64,000 nucleotides of DNA, taken from positions 256,001 to 320,000 of the forward strand of contig CAWGMQ010000003.1 in assembly GCA_963823665.1 (NCBI GenBank). Direction: 5' to 3'. A program made the translations under genes and the position numbers. The notes beneath the pieces are model-generated. The model was given only the letters and a program-made list of their open reading frames with translations, was not told the DNA's origin and searched no databases. Position 1 is the stretch's first letter. Every line of letters begins with the position of its first letter. This stretch comes from an uncultured Planctomycetota bacterium. Its GTDB lineage: Bacteria > Planctomycetota > Planctomycetia > Isosphaerales > Isosphaeraceae. Below, in pieces: positions 63,295-64,000 of the stretch.

Positions 63295-64000
63295 ATGTCC
63301 GGTTTGAGCGAACGTGAATGCGCGGAGCCGCGACCCGGCATGGATCGCCGGGCCTGGCTGCTTCGCGCAGCGTCAAGCCCGGCCGTGCTCGCGGGGATCG
63401 CGGGATCAACGAGTCTGGGCCGCACCACACAGGACGAGAAGCAAGACCCGGCCGGCGTTGCCGCGCGGGAGCTCGAGCGCGCCCTGACCCGGGTTCGGGC
63501 CGTCACGGGCGGCTCCCTGCAATCCGCCGCCTCGGAGCATTACCAGGCCCTTGGCGATGCCTCCGAGTCGTTCATGAAGATAGCACTCGAAGACTGCGAG
63601 CTGATCGCCCAGGACTTTCTGGATTACTACCGGGCGAAGGGATTCGAGGTGAAGGCTCCCGCGCGGCGGATGACGGTGGTGGTCTTCCGGGACGAGCGTC
63701 CGTTCATGGAGTTCGCCCGCAAAACCGTGCGCAACGTGCCGCCCAACGTGGTGGGGTTCTACTCGCGCGTCGACAACTACCTCGTGCTCTTCGATTCCCG
63801 CAACGTGCCTGCGGCCCAGCGCGGCGGGGCGCTCAAGAACATGAGGAACCTGGCGCATGAGGGGACGCACCAGTTGAGCTTCAATTCGGGACTGCTGAGT
63901 CGCAAGGGAGATACTCCCGCCGCAGTGGTGGAGGGCCTGGCCTGTTACGGCGAAACGCGGCGCCTGCGCGGCCGCAGCGAGCCGGGACTCTTGAACAGTG
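63295..64000 (+). CDS. DUF1570 zincin-like protein, runs off window end
   Basis: Hand translation: DRRAWL Tat-like motif, VGFYSRVDN, LAHEGTHQLSFNSGL, VVEGLA. Confidence 0.85.
   Translation, partial: MSGLSERECAEPRPGMDRRAWLLRAASSPAVLAGIAGSTSLGRTTQDEKQDPAGVAARELERALTRVRAVTGGSLQSAASEHYQALGDASESFMKIALEDCELIAQDFLDYYRAKGFEVKAPARRMTVVVFRDERPFMEFARKTVRNVPPNVVGFYSRVDNYLVLFDSRNVPAAQRGGALKNMRNLAHEGTHQLSFNSGLLSRKGDTPAAVVEGLACYGETRRLRGRSEPGLLNS

Overview
GC-rich bacterial chromosomal segment, most likely a planctomycete of the Isosphaeraceae type (inferred from the DUF1549/DUF1553 + DUF1501 pair, LEDRxLL-motif secreted proteins, a DUF1570 protein, three Ser/Thr kinases and an ECF sigma-kinase couple). About a dozen genes carry small frameshifts, probably long-read consensus errors, so those gene boundaries were reconstructed by hand. 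All product calls come from motifs recognised by eye, not from database searches. Most of the window is housekeeping, secretion and signalling genes. The main accessory signals are: (1) a ~3 kb islet (6306-9349) between two 198-bp, 89%-identical copies of the 3' end of a Cys/Met PLP-enzyme gene, carrying a HEPN-motif gene pair; (2) a multi-stem candidate cis-regulatory RNA over the RBS of an ankyrin-repeat gene (11290-11415); (3) a ~13 kb decaying variable/defence island (26.9-40.1 kb) centred on a RAYT-type HUH/Y1 transposase. That transposase is bounded by 17-bp non-hairpin inverted repeats and has a related non-autonomous mini-element nearby. The island also holds a 5'-truncated IetS-like S8 protease, a ParD-like/VapC TA pair, a broken WYL regulator, a candidate sRNA, origin-like repeats and a possible group II intron remnant; (4) a stand-alone Het-C/VWA7-like gene next to ribF. 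I found no rRNA, tRNA or CRISPR array.
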